A DNA stretch of 64,000 nucleotides from a candidate division CPR3 bacterium 4484_211 (GTDB lineage: Bacteria; Patescibacteriota; 4484-211), in the NCBI GenBank assembly GCA_002084955.1, contig MZGJ01000004.1:3155-67154 (forward strand), given 5' to 3'. The notes beneath the pieces were generated by a model that was given only the letters and a program-made list of their open reading frames with translations, was not told the origin of the DNA and searched no databases. Shown here piece after piece: positions 17,714 through 26,576 of this stretch. The position numbers were made by a program, and so were the translations under genes. The first letter of the stretch is position 1, and the number at the start of each line of letters is the position of its first letter.

Positions 17714-20377
17714 TTGAGAAACTTGTTTGGTCTTTGTATAATCTTAAGGACAGTGAAATTATTCGGACGTACGCGTAAAAAAACACAATATTGGTTGGCA
17801 AGAGTGGGGCGTAAAAAGAGAAGAAAAAATGCCAAAGCTGTTCGGGCGCGAAGACTGCGAATTTTGTCCTGGGCGGCTATGGTTGGCTTTTTTGTAATTC
17901 TTGCTGGTTTAATTTGCGGTGTCATTCTTATTGCCTATTTTTCTAAAGATCTCCCCTCCCCCACTCAATTGTCCCAGCGCCAGGTTCCCCAGTCGACAAA
18001 AATACTGGCTCGAGATGGAAGGCTGTTATACGAAATTTATGCCGAAGAAAGAAGAACGCTGGTGGAGCTCAAAGATATTCCCCAGTGTTTAATAGACGCC
18101 ACTCTGGCCGCGGAAGATGCCGATTTTTACAAACACCGGGGCGTTGATTTTAGGGGTATAGTCTACAGCCTCTACCGGATTGTTTTTGCCCGTTCTCTGC
18201 AAGGGGGGTCAACTATTTCCCAACAGTTGGTAAAGAATGTGCTTTTAAGTCCCGAACGAACTTTGGTCCGAAAAGCCAAGGAGCTTATTTTGACTTTGGA
18301 AGTTGAGCGCCGGTACACTAAAGATGAGATTTTGCAAATGTATTTTAACGAAGTTCCTTATGGAGGTCAGGCTTGGGGCGTGGGGGCGGCTTCGGAAATG
18401 TATTTCGGCAAAAGTGTAAAGGATATTACTCTGGCTCAGGCGGCGCTTTTGGCTGGTCTGCCTCAGTCGCCCACTCTTTATTCTCCGTATGGCGCTTATC
18501 CAGAAAATGCCAAGGCGCGCCAAGAATATGTCTTAAACCTGATGGTTAAGCATGGCTTCATAAAACCTGAAGAGGCGGAGGAGGCAAAAAAAGCGCCTTT
18601 GGGAATTTTACCTCGCGGAAATAGTATTAAGGCTCCTCATTTTGTGATGTATGTTAAAGGCAGGCTGGTGAACGATTTTGGTGAGAAGATGGTGGAGCAG
18701 GGGGGGCTGAGGGTTTGGACAACACTGGATTTAGATCTGCAAGAGATTGCCGAAAATGAAGTTAAGTATCAAATTGACCGTCTAGCTCAGGTAAATGCCC
18801 GCGCTGGCAATGCCGGTCTGGTGGCGGCCAATCCAGAAAATGGTGAAATTTTGGCCATGGTTGGCTCGCGTGATTATTTTGATGTGGAGCATGACGGGAA
18901 TGTTAATGTTACCCTGGCCAATCGCCAGCCGGGGTCGTCAATTAAACCGATTATGTATGTAACGGCATTTAAAGCGGGGTATACTCCGGCCACCTTTCTG
19001 TCTGATATCTATACCTGTTGGGATTCTCCCGACGAGAAATTTTGCCCTACCGAGTCTGATGGTAAGTATTGGGGGCCAATGCTTCTCCGTGATGCTTTGG
19101 CCAATTCCCGCAATATCCCGGCGGTAAAGATGCTGCAGATGGTGGGGATCCAGAATACAGTTGACATGGCTCATCGTTTGGGGATTACCACGCTTAATGA
19201 TGTTGATCGGTATGGGCTTTCTTTAACTTTGGGTGGAGGTGAGGTTAAACTAATTGATATGGTGCAGGCGTTTTCGGTCTTTGCCGCCGGCGGGGTTAAG
19301 CATGACTTGATACCGATAACAAAGGTTCTAGACAGTAAGGGTAAATTAATTAAGGATTATTCTCAAAGCCAAGGCAAGAGGGTTTTAGAGGAGAAGTATA
19401 CCTATCTTATTAATGATATCTTGTCCGATAATATTGCTCGGCAGAGGCTTTTTGGCGCCCGCAACATGTTGGAAATCGGACGCCCGGCGGCGGTTAAGAC
19501 CGGCACTACCAATGATAATCGCGATGCCTGGTGTATTGGTTATACTCCTCAGCTGGTTGCCGGGGTGTGGGTGGGCAATAACGATAATTCGCCTATGTCC
19601 CCAACTATCCAGGGGTCCACCGGAGCAACTCCTATTTGGCACCACTTCATGCGCCAGGCGTTGGAAGGTCGGGAGGTGAAAACCTGGGGGAGACCCAAAG
19701 AGATTATTGAAGTTGCCGTGGATTCGCTTTCGGGTAAATTGCCTCAGGAAGGCAGACAATTCGGTAAGCGGAAGGAAATTTTTATCAAAGGCACCCAGCC
19801 GACGCAGGTTGATGATTTTCATGTGGTGGTAGATGTCTGTAAAGGCAAGGAATTATTGGCTACTGATTATCATAAAGATCATGGTTTGGCTAAAGAAAAA
19901 ACCTATATTACTCTTAAGGAAATCAATCCTTCCTGGCAGCCTTATACCAACAAGTGGATGGAAAAACATAAGGGTTACGGCAAGCCTCCTACTGAGTATT
20001 GCCCTATTGAGGAGGATGGCAAAGAGGTTGACGAGCCGATTGTGGAGATTGTTTCTCCCGAGGATAAAGAGGAGCTTCAGGTCTATGGATTTGAAGTAGA
20101 GGCTAAGGCCTATTCTAATTCCACCATCACCAGCGTGGAGTTCTACTGGGACGATGTATTGGTAAAGGAAATAACTTCAGTCCCCTATAGAGTCAAATAT
20201 GCCCTTTCTATGAATGAGGAGGGAAAACATGAGATCACAGTTAAGGCTTTTGATAGTGAAGGTGATGAGGGATCGGCGGCAATTACCGTAATTCTGCCAA
20301 TAAAGGAAGAGACGGTTCCTACCCCGACTCCCGAGATAAGTCCGACATTGACCCCCGAACTTACCCCCGAGGAGTAG
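17714..20377 (+). CDS. Penicillin-binding protein 1A (bifunctional transglycosylase/transpeptidase) with C-terminal Ig-like and Pro/Thr extension
   Basis: GT51 motifs EDADFYKHRGVD and RKAKE; TP motifs SSIK and KTGTTND. Arg/Lys-rich cytoplasmic N-terminus, then TM. C-terminal ~130-aa extra domain and PT tail ETVPTPTPEISPTLTPELTPEE. The true start may be downstream of the track start. Confidence 0.85.
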   Translation: MRNLFGLCIILRTVKLFGRTRKKTQYWLARVGRKKRRKNAKAVRARRLRILSWAAMVGFFVILAGLICGVILIAYFSKDLPSPTQLSQRQVPQSTKILARDGRLLYEIYAEERRTLVELKDIPQCLIDATLAAEDADFYKHRGVDFRGIVYSLYRIVFARSLQGGSTISQQLVKNVLLSPERTLVRKAKELILTLEVERRYTKDEILQMYFNEVPYGGQAWGVGAASEMYFGKSVKDITLAQAALLAGLPQSPTLYSPYGAYPENAKARQEYVLNLMVKHGFIKPEEAEEAKKAPLGILPRGNSIKAPHFVMYVKGRLVNDFGEKMVEQGGLRVWTTLDLDLQEIAENEVKYQIDRLAQVNARAGNAGLVAANPENGEILAMVGSRDYFDVEHDGNVNVTLANRQPGSSIKPIMYVTAFKAGYTPATFLSDIYTCWDSPDEKFCPTESDGKYWGPMLLRDALANSRNIPAVKMLQMVGIQNTVDMAHRLGITTLNDVDRYGLSLTLGGGEVKLIDMVQAFSVFAAGGVKHDLIPITKVLDSKGKLIKDYSQSQGKRVLEEKYTYLINDILSDNIARQRLFGARNMLEIGRPAAVKTGTTNDNRDAWCIGYTPQLVAGVWVGNNDNSPMSPTIQGSTGATPIWHHFMRQALEGREVKTWGRPKEIIEVAVDSLSGKLPQEGRQFGKRKEIFIKGTQPTQVDDFHVVVDVCKGKELLATDYHKDHGLAKEKTYITLKEINPSWQPYTNKWMEKHKGYGKPPTEYCPIEEDGKEVDEPIVEIVSPEDKEELQVYGFEVEAKAYSNSTITSVEFYWDDVLVKEITSVPYRVKYALSMNEEGKHEITVKAFDSEGDEGSAAITVILPIKEETVPTPTPEISPTLTPELTPEE

Positions 20378-20417
20378 TGAATTATTCAACTGTGATAACG
20401 CCTGAGAGGAAGTTCGC

Positions 20418-21503
20418 CTAGAGGTATTCTTCCAGGTGGTTCTTCCCCATTTCTTTTACCAAGTCTTTTATCTTGATGCTTTTATCTTTATGGACAACGA
20501 GGGCGGCGTCCTTGGTATTGACGACTATAAAGCCGTCTAGGCCGACGGCGGTGAGGAGTTTGTTTTTTTCCTGGTTGTAGACCAGGCAGTCACGGCATTG
20601 TAGGGTGAATGTTTTCCCCTTAACCACATTGGCCTTAGGTGAAGTCTGCATGGCCTCTTTTAGGGCGTATAGGGTTCCCGGGTCGCTCCAGCCCATATTA
20701 ATTTTTAACACAATGGCGCTGGAAGGTTTAATTTTTTCCAAGATAGCTTTGTCAAAATCTATACTCTTTAGGGTGGAATATAGTTTGGCAACCACGGCGC
20801 TTTCTTTGTCTGTGTCAAAAACTTTGGACATTTTTACCAGCGTTTTATACATTTGGGGCTGAAATTGCTTGTATAGAGAAAGGACAAAGTCAATTGAGGT
20901 TACCCAATAGCCCGGGTTCCAAAGCCATTTGCCGGATTTAAATATCTTCCTGCATTCTGCAAGAGGCGGCCGATACCACCATCCTTTGAAGGTAAACATG
21001 GGAATTGTGCTTTTGGTTTTTATCTTCTTGCCTATGTGGATCCACCCCAAATTGTTTTCCGCATAGCGGGGCTTTTCGGCAATACAGATGAACCGGCCGG
21101 GGTTTTCCAGTACCAGTTTCTCGCCCAGTTTTAGTCCTCGTTGAAAAGATTTAACATTTTCCATCAGATGGTCGCTCCAAAGAATGGCCACGGGTTCATT
21201 AATTCCCTGTTTCTTGAGCTTCATAAAGGCATAGCCAATGGCCGGGCCGACATCTCTTTTTTCTGGTTCGGCAAAGATGTTGGAGAGGGGAAGTTCGGGG
21301 ATTTGGTTTTTTACGGTGGAAACATATTTTTCCAGGGTTTGAATATAGATGTTGTAAAGGCCGTAAATATCCCGCACTCGCTCTATGGCCATCTGCAGAG
21401 TTGATTTGCCGTTGATAAGTTTATCAAACTGTTTCGGAGAGTTTTTTCTGGACAGAGGCCAAAGCCGTGTCCCGGCCCCTCCGGCGAAAATAATGATTTT
21501 CAA
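20418..21503 (-). CDS. Mannose-1-phosphate guanylyltransferase-like sugar nucleotidyltransferase
   Basis: MKIIIFAGGAGTRLWPLSRKNSPKQF nucleotidyltransferase signature; 361 aa. Confidence 0.7.
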   Translation of the reverse strand: MKIIIFAGGAGTRLWPLSRKNSPKQFDKLINGKSTLQMAIERVRDIYGLYNIYIQTLEKYVSTVKNQIPELPLSNIFAEPEKRDVGPAIGYAFMKLKKQGINEPVAILWSDHLMENVKSFQRGLKLGEKLVLENPGRFICIAEKPRYAENNLGWIHIGKKIKTKSTIPMFTFKGWWYRPPLAECRKIFKSGKWLWNPGYWVTSIDFVLSLYKQFQPQMYKTLVKMSKVFDTDKESAVVAKLYSTLKSIDFDKAILEKIKPSSAIVLKINMGWSDPGTLYALKEAMQTSPKANVVKGKTFTLQCRDCLVYNQEKNKLLTAVGLDGFIVVNTKDAALVVHKDKSIKIKDLVKEMGKNHLEEYL

Positions 21504-21608
21504 TCTTCTGGTCAGAAGCTGTCAGCTTTCAGCTTCTGGATTGCTGGGTGACTGGTCATGCTTCTTTATTAACTTTTTTAAGCTGTGCGCTGTCGGCTGT
21601 GAGCCAAA

Positions 21609-23729
21609 TTACCGCCTCACCTTTCCTCCTAGATCTTTTTCTATCATTTTCCCAATTCTCCCTACCAACTCTGTTACTCTCGCATGTGACAGAGATCCCT
21701 TTGGTGATTGAAAGGTTAAATGTATGGCCACCGATTTCTCGTTTTTCTTCATTTTTTGAGGGTCAAGGAAAACATCAAAAATTTCTGCTTCTTTTAACAG
21801 CTGTCCCCCGCTTTCTTTGATTTTTTCCAACAATTTATCTAGGCCTATTTTTTGATTAAGAATTATGGAGATGTCCTGTTTCACTTCCGGGTGCGGATAG
21901 ACTGGACGATATAATTTTTGATCCCGGGATAATTTTAGAAGTGTCTCAAGATTAATTTCTGCGGCGGCCACGGCGGCATCTTGAATGCCGAAATTTTTGA
22001 GTATCGTTGGCGAAATTATTCCCAGTTGTCCCCATGTTGAGTTTTGGGCGGTAATTAGTTGCACTTGAGAGAGATTGTTGTGGAAGCGGCCATCTTTGGG
22101 GAAGGGGTAACCCTTATTATTGTTCAATGGTACAAAGTAGAACTTGTCCAGATTTAACTCCCGAAATAGTCGTTCAATTTCTCCTTTTAGCGAGGCGTAA
22201 AGGCGCAGAGGCGTTAATTCCTTTGCCGCTTTTAAAAGGGCGAGGTGCTCAATTTCCCGGGGTAATTTATCAGTTGGTGATGGGATGATGTGTTTGCCGA
22301 TTTCAAATAAACTAAAGGAATCAAAATACTTTAAATTGGCGGCTGTTTTTTCCAGCAAACCCGGTACCAAAGATTGTCTAAGGAGAGTATGATCTCTTGA
22401 CAGGGGGTTTTTAAGTTTCAGATAGTTTTTAGCCTTTAGCCCAGCGGCGCTGACGACTTTCTCATTGGTAAAGGAATAGTTGTAAATTTCGTTAAACCCT
22501 AGGGCGCGGAGGATGTTTTTTATTTTTCGCCGGAAATAGATAGTTTTATTTAACGGTGTGGGTGATATTTTCCGGAGGGGCAAATCCCTTTTTATGTTGT
22601 TAAATCCGTAAAGTCGGGCAATTTCCTCTAAAAGATCTTCTTCAATGCTTAGGTCCGATCTGAATGTGGGAATGGTAATTTTGATAAGGGGCTGCCTGTT
22701 TTTTAGGGACGATCCCTCGTCAACATCTAATTGGAGGGAATTAAGGTATTCAACGATTTGTTTTAGAGAAAGATTAATGCCCAAGAAGGTTTTGACTCTT
22801 TTGGTATCTAGGATAATTGTTTTTTGTTTCCGCGGCCGTGGGTAGATATCTACAATTTCTGAGATAAGTTGCGCGCCGGCGTGCTTTTTTAAAAGTGCGG
22901 CTGTTTGTTTAAATCCTGCTGCAGCCAGGGCGGGATCCTGTCCTTTTTCAAAGCGGGTGGAAGCGTCGGTTCTTATGCCCAATTTGGAGGAGGCCTTTCG
23001 GATAGAGTACATCTCAAAATTGGCAGATTCGAGCATGATGGTGGAGGTTTTATTGGTAATTTCTGTTTCCTTTCCGCCCATGATGCCGGCAATGGCAATG
23101 GGTTTTTTGTGATCGGCAATGATCATCATGCTGGTCTCTAGCGGATGTGTCTTGCCGTCAATTGTTGTCAGACTTTCGGTGCTCTTGGCTTGCCTGACGC
23201 TTATTTTTAATTTTCCGTTTTTTATGTTTAATTTGTCTGCATCGTATGCATGCATAGGTTGTCCGTATTTGAGCATTACATAATTGGTAAGATCAACTAC
23301 ATTGTTCACCGGACGGAGATCCATGGATTTAAGAAATTGCTGAAGCCACCCTGGTGATTTTCTTACCTCTACAGACAGGACGCCTCCAATGTAGCGGAGG
23401 CAAGAGGAAGTTTGGATATTTATTTCCAGGTTTTTGTTAACGCTGATGCTTTTAGGGGGCATCTTTCTTTGGGGGATGCTTTCCAATTTTGCTTTATAGA
23501 AGGCGGAGATTTCTCTGGCAATTCCCCAATGGGAAAAACAATCCGGGCGATGAGTTAAAGCCTTGTTCTCTATTTCCAAAATGTAATCGTTGCCAATTTT
23601 GCTAACCGACTCCACTTCGGCCAGCTTCCGGCTGAGCTCCTCGGCCAACTCCCGAGGGTTTTTATCAAGTTGCGGCAAAAATTCTTTGAGAAGGTTGTAT
23701 GAAATTTTCACGATGATGCTAATATACAA
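21609..23729 (-). CDS. pheT: Phenylalanyl-tRNA synthetase beta subunit (short form)
   Basis: 706 aa with B3/4 and B5 regions and a C-terminal FDVFLD anticodon-binding-like segment. Lies directly downstream of pheS. Confidence 0.8.
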   Translation of the reverse strand: MYISIIVKISYNLLKEFLPQLDKNPRELAEELSRKLAEVESVSKIGNDYILEIENKALTHRPDCFSHWGIAREISAFYKAKLESIPQRKMPPKSISVNKNLEINIQTSSCLRYIGGVLSVEVRKSPGWLQQFLKSMDLRPVNNVVDLTNYVMLKYGQPMHAYDADKLNIKNGKLKISVRQAKSTESLTTIDGKTHPLETSMMIIADHKKPIAIAGIMGGKETEITNKTSTIMLESANFEMYSIRKASSKLGIRTDASTRFEKGQDPALAAAGFKQTAALLKKHAGAQLISEIVDIYPRPRKQKTIILDTKRVKTFLGINLSLKQIVEYLNSLQLDVDEGSSLKNRQPLIKITIPTFRSDLSIEEDLLEEIARLYGFNNIKRDLPLRKISPTPLNKTIYFRRKIKNILRALGFNEIYNYSFTNEKVVSAAGLKAKNYLKLKNPLSRDHTLLRQSLVPGLLEKTAANLKYFDSFSLFEIGKHIIPSPTDKLPREIEHLALLKAAKELTPLRLYASLKGEIERLFRELNLDKFYFVPLNNNKGYPFPKDGRFHNNLSQVQLITAQNSTWGQLGIISPTILKNFGIQDAAVAAAEINLETLLKLSRDQKLYRPVYPHPEVKQDISIILNQKIGLDKLLEKIKESGGQLLKEAEIFDVFLDPQKMKKNEKSVAIHLTFQSPKGSLSHARVTELVGRIGKMIEKDLGGKVRR

Positions 23730-23777
23730 ATAGTACCAATGGTACGAATAGATACGAATGAATTATTGGCGTCATGT

Positions 23778-24824
23778 TTAGAATTGACGGATGAATCTTA
23801 AATCTCCACTGTGAAAATGTCTAATATCCTCAATTCCATATTTCATCATCACCAATCGGTCCAACCCAAATCCCCAGGCGAAACCGGAGTATTTTTGGGG
23901 GTCAATTCCGGCTTCTTTCAATACTTTGGGATGGATCATTCCGGCGCCGGCCAGTTCTATCCATCCGCTTCCTCCACAGGTGGAGCATTGTTTTTTATTC
24001 ATGGTTCCTTTGCCGCGGCAAATGGTGCAGTCTATTAAAAATTCTATCCCCGGTTCGACAAAAGGGAAATAACTTGGCTGAATTTTTATACTAACATCTC
24101 GTTGATAAAATTCGTCTAAGAAAGCTTTAAAAACGCCGATGAGGTGGCGGAGAGTAATGCCCCGATCAACCAACAGGCCTTCTATTTGGTGCAGTGTGTG
24201 CTCGTGTCGTGCGTCGGTAGCTTCGTTGCGAAAACAGCGGCCGACGATAACGGCGCGGAGCGGCGGCTCTTTGGTTGAGAGAATGCGATTTTGCATACTG
24301 GAGGTATGGGTAATAAGGACTAATCCCTGATTTGTCCAGAAGGTGTCCCAGATATCTCGTGCCGGATGTTGCGGGGGCATGTTAAGAGATTCAAAATTAT
24401 GGTAGTCGTCGTCAACTTCTCGGGCCTCAAAGATTTCGAAACCCATGCGGGTAAAGATATCCTCCGCGTATTGGCGCATTTGGGTGATGGGGTGGAGGTG
24501 GCCAAGATTAGTTTTTTCTCCCGGGGCGGTGAGATCAAACCAGTTATTTGGTTCTTGACGGTGGGTTTTGGGGGGTTGGTTTTGTAGATTGGACATCTTT
24601 CGGTCATAGGCTTTTTTGAGGTCGTTTTTTATCTGGTTGATCTGCCGGCCTATTTCCGGTCTTTTGTTGTCGGTAATGCCGGGGAGTTGTTTAATAAGCT
24701 GGGTAATAAGACCCTTCTTTCCCAAATATTGCCGTTTCCACTCCCGCAGTTTGTCTAAATCGAGAAGTTTTTCCAGCTCTCTAGATGCTCTTTTATTGAG
24801 TTCGTTGATGGTCTGTTTATTCAT
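23778..24824 (-). CDS. pheS: Phenylalanyl-tRNA synthetase alpha subunit
   Basis: HPARDIWDTFW, FPFVEPG..., GFAWGFGLDRLVMMKYGIEDIRHF; contains a CxxC...CxxC knuckle. Confidence 0.9.
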   Translation of the reverse strand: MNKQTINELNKRASRELEKLLDLDKLREWKRQYLGKKGLITQLIKQLPGITDNKRPEIGRQINQIKNDLKKAYDRKMSNLQNQPPKTHRQEPNNWFDLTAPGEKTNLGHLHPITQMRQYAEDIFTRMGFEIFEAREVDDDYHNFESLNMPPQHPARDIWDTFWTNQGLVLITHTSSMQNRILSTKEPPLRAVIVGRCFRNEATDARHEHTLHQIEGLLVDRGITLRHLIGVFKAFLDEFYQRDVSIKIQPSYFPFVEPGIEFLIDCTICRGKGTMNKKQCSTCGGSGWIELAGAGMIHPKVLKEAGIDPQKYSGFAWGFGLDRLVMMKYGIEDIRHFHSGDLRFIRQF

Positions 24825-24868
24825 GTATTGTTTAGTTGCCCGATGACCTGGCTGTTTTAAATCTTTTG

Positions 24869-25078
24869 CTAAACATTAAAAAACCAGACGGCGAGCCGCT
24901 TTAGGATAGGAATGACAATGAGGTAGAAGAGGGCAATAAAGGTGCTGGTAATTAGGTATTTGGGTTGGAGCAATTTGGTTGCCACATGGATGGGGTCAGG
25001 GCGTGCCCGATATTCGTACCAGGCGAAGAAAATTTGTAAGCCGGCAAAGATAATAAGAGCTTGCTGGATGACGGTCAT
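24869..25078 (-). CDS. Hypothetical small two-TM membrane protein
   Basis: 69 aa with two hydrophobic helices, between rplT and pheS. Confidence 0.25.
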   Translation of the reverse strand: MTVIQQALIIFAGLQIFFAWYEYRARPDPIHVATKLLQPKYLITSTFIALFYLIVIPILKRLAVWFFNV

Positions 25079-25140
25079 TTTCTTTAATCCCCTAGCCGTT
25101 CTATGCAGGGGTGAAGTTAGTTTAGCCAGTTAAAGGCCTT

Positions 25141-25500
25141 TTACGGTGTTTGCGTTTTTAAAGCTATATTCACTATCTTATTAAATGTTTCCGGATCGTG
25201 GGCGGCGATCTGACTTAGAACCTTGCGGTTGAGCTGAATGTTTGCTTGCTTTAGTTTATGTATAAACACACTATAGGAAATTTGGTGGTCTCTAAGGGCT
25301 CCATTGAGGCGCATAATCCAGAGTTTTCTCATATTTCTTTTTTTAAGCCGGCGGGATTTGTAGGCATATGCCGCGGCGTGCAAGACACCTTCTTTGGCTC
25401 CTTTAAAGGTGGTGCGGCGGTGTTCCCTAAATCCCTTGGCCAGTTGGCGTATTTTTTTATGTCTCGCTCGGCGAACGGTTCCAGTCTTGGTTCTGGGCAT
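25141..25500 (-). CDS. rplT: 50S ribosomal protein L20
   Basis: MPRTKTGTVRRARHKKI...AYAYKSRRLKK. The true start is the internal Met, 8 codons inside the track ORF. Confidence 0.9.
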   Translation of the reverse strand: MPRTKTGTVRRARHKKIRQLAKGFREHRRTTFKGAKEGVLHAAAYAYKSRRLKKRNMRKLWIMRLNGALRDHQISYSVFIHKLKQANIQLNRKVLSQIAAHDPETFNKIVNIALKTQTP

Positions 25501-25549
25501 GATAAAAAAAGCGTAAAAATGCAAGACGCAAAACTTAAAACTCAGCGTT

Positions 25550-25726
25550 TCAATGTGAAACTAGAAAATTCTTGAGTTTTGGCGTTGTACTTTGGCGGCT
25601 TGTAGTTTTGCGGCTTTGTTTTGTTTTGAGATGAGAAGTTTGCACATGTCCGCGCAAAAGCTTTCCCTTGCCTCCTTTGGTGATCTTTATTCTTTTTTTA
25701 AGCCCCTTGTGGGTTTTTAATTTCAT
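25550..25726 (-). CDS. rpmI: 50S ribosomal protein L35 (below the 60-aa ORF-track cutoff)
   Basis: Hand translation of the minus strand gives MKLKTHKGLKKRIKITKGGKGKLLRGHVQTSHLKTKQSRKTTSRQSTTPKLKNFLVSH (58 aa). This matches the L35 KTHKG..KR.K.T..GK pattern and the position between infC and rplT. Confidence 0.75.
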   Translation of the reverse strand: MKLKTHKGLKKRIKITKGGKGKLLRGHVQTSHLKTKQSRKTTSRQSTTPKLKNFLVSH

Positions 25727-25908
25727 GGCATTAAAGTTTTAAAATGTCAAAGAGATATTTTTTCGCTTCATGTTTCTGGTCGGTTGTTGCTTTTTTAATG
25801 AGACTCGAGAAATGCCAGCTTTAGTGCAGATTTTTTGCCGGTTGAATTGAACCCCGAACCGGGCTTATTCTGGACCTGTTCTGGTCTGGGGAGGCTGAGC
25901 CTTTGATG

Positions 25909-26370
25909 TTATTTTGGTCTTACGATTACCATCAGCCTTTTCCCTTCAAACCAAGGTTCTTTTTCCACCTCAGCGATATCTTCTAAAGCTGAAAGAATTT
26001 GGTTTATCTTTGCCTCGCCTACTTTTTTGTGAGTTATCTGACGTCCTAGGAATTGGACGATAAATTTTATTTTATTGCCGTCTTCAAGGAACTCGCGGGC
26101 CCTTTTTAGTCTTATTTCTAGGTCGTGAGGACCGATATTAGGTTTAAACCTTAGTTGTTTTAATTCCTGAGTTTTTTTCTTCTTCCCTCTAAGTGATTGT
26201 TGTTTCTGTTTTTTCTTTTCGTAGATAAATTTTTTAAGTTCTAAGATCTTAGCCACTGGCGGATCAGCTTTCTGGTTTACCACTACCAGATCCAATCCCT
26301 GCTCCTGGGCTTTCTTTAGGCCTTCCTCCCGCGTCATTTCACCCAAATTTTCTCCTTCGGGAGAAATCAC
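25909..26370 (-). CDS. infC: Translation initiation factor IF-3
   Basis: N-domain ...VLVISPEGENLGEM..., C-domain KFKPNIGPHDLEIRLKRAREFLEDGNKIKFIVQFLGRQITHKK. The track start is GTG; the frame stays open upstream (NFNIQSPKVL), so an AUU/AUA start as in other infC genes is likely. Confidence 0.85.
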   Translation of the reverse strand: MISPEGENLGEMTREEGLKKAQEQGLDLVVVNQKADPPVAKILELKKFIYEKKKQKQQSLRGKKKKTQELKQLRFKPNIGPHDLEIRLKRAREFLEDGNKIKFIVQFLGRQITHKKVGEAKINQILSALEDIAEVEKEPWFEGKRLMVIVRPK

Positions 26371-26452
26371 CAGAACTTTAGGTGATTGAATATTAAAATT
26401 GGCTGGAAAATAAATTCCTGTGTTTCTTCTGATGGGGAAATGATATCAGAAA

Positions 26453-26472
26453 ATGCTTGCTAAGGCAAGCAT
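26453..26472 (-). terminator. Candidate intrinsic terminator/attenuator hairpin after thrS
   Basis: ATGCTTGC-taag-GCAAGCAT stem. On the minus-strand RNA it is followed by UUUUCU. Confidence 0.25.
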
Positions 26473-26576
26473 AATTTTCTACTTAACATATATTCATTTA
26501 ACTTTTTAACGTAGGTTTGGGGATTCAATAGAGGGAGGCGCTAATTGGTAATCAGACGATAAATGATAAAGTCACC

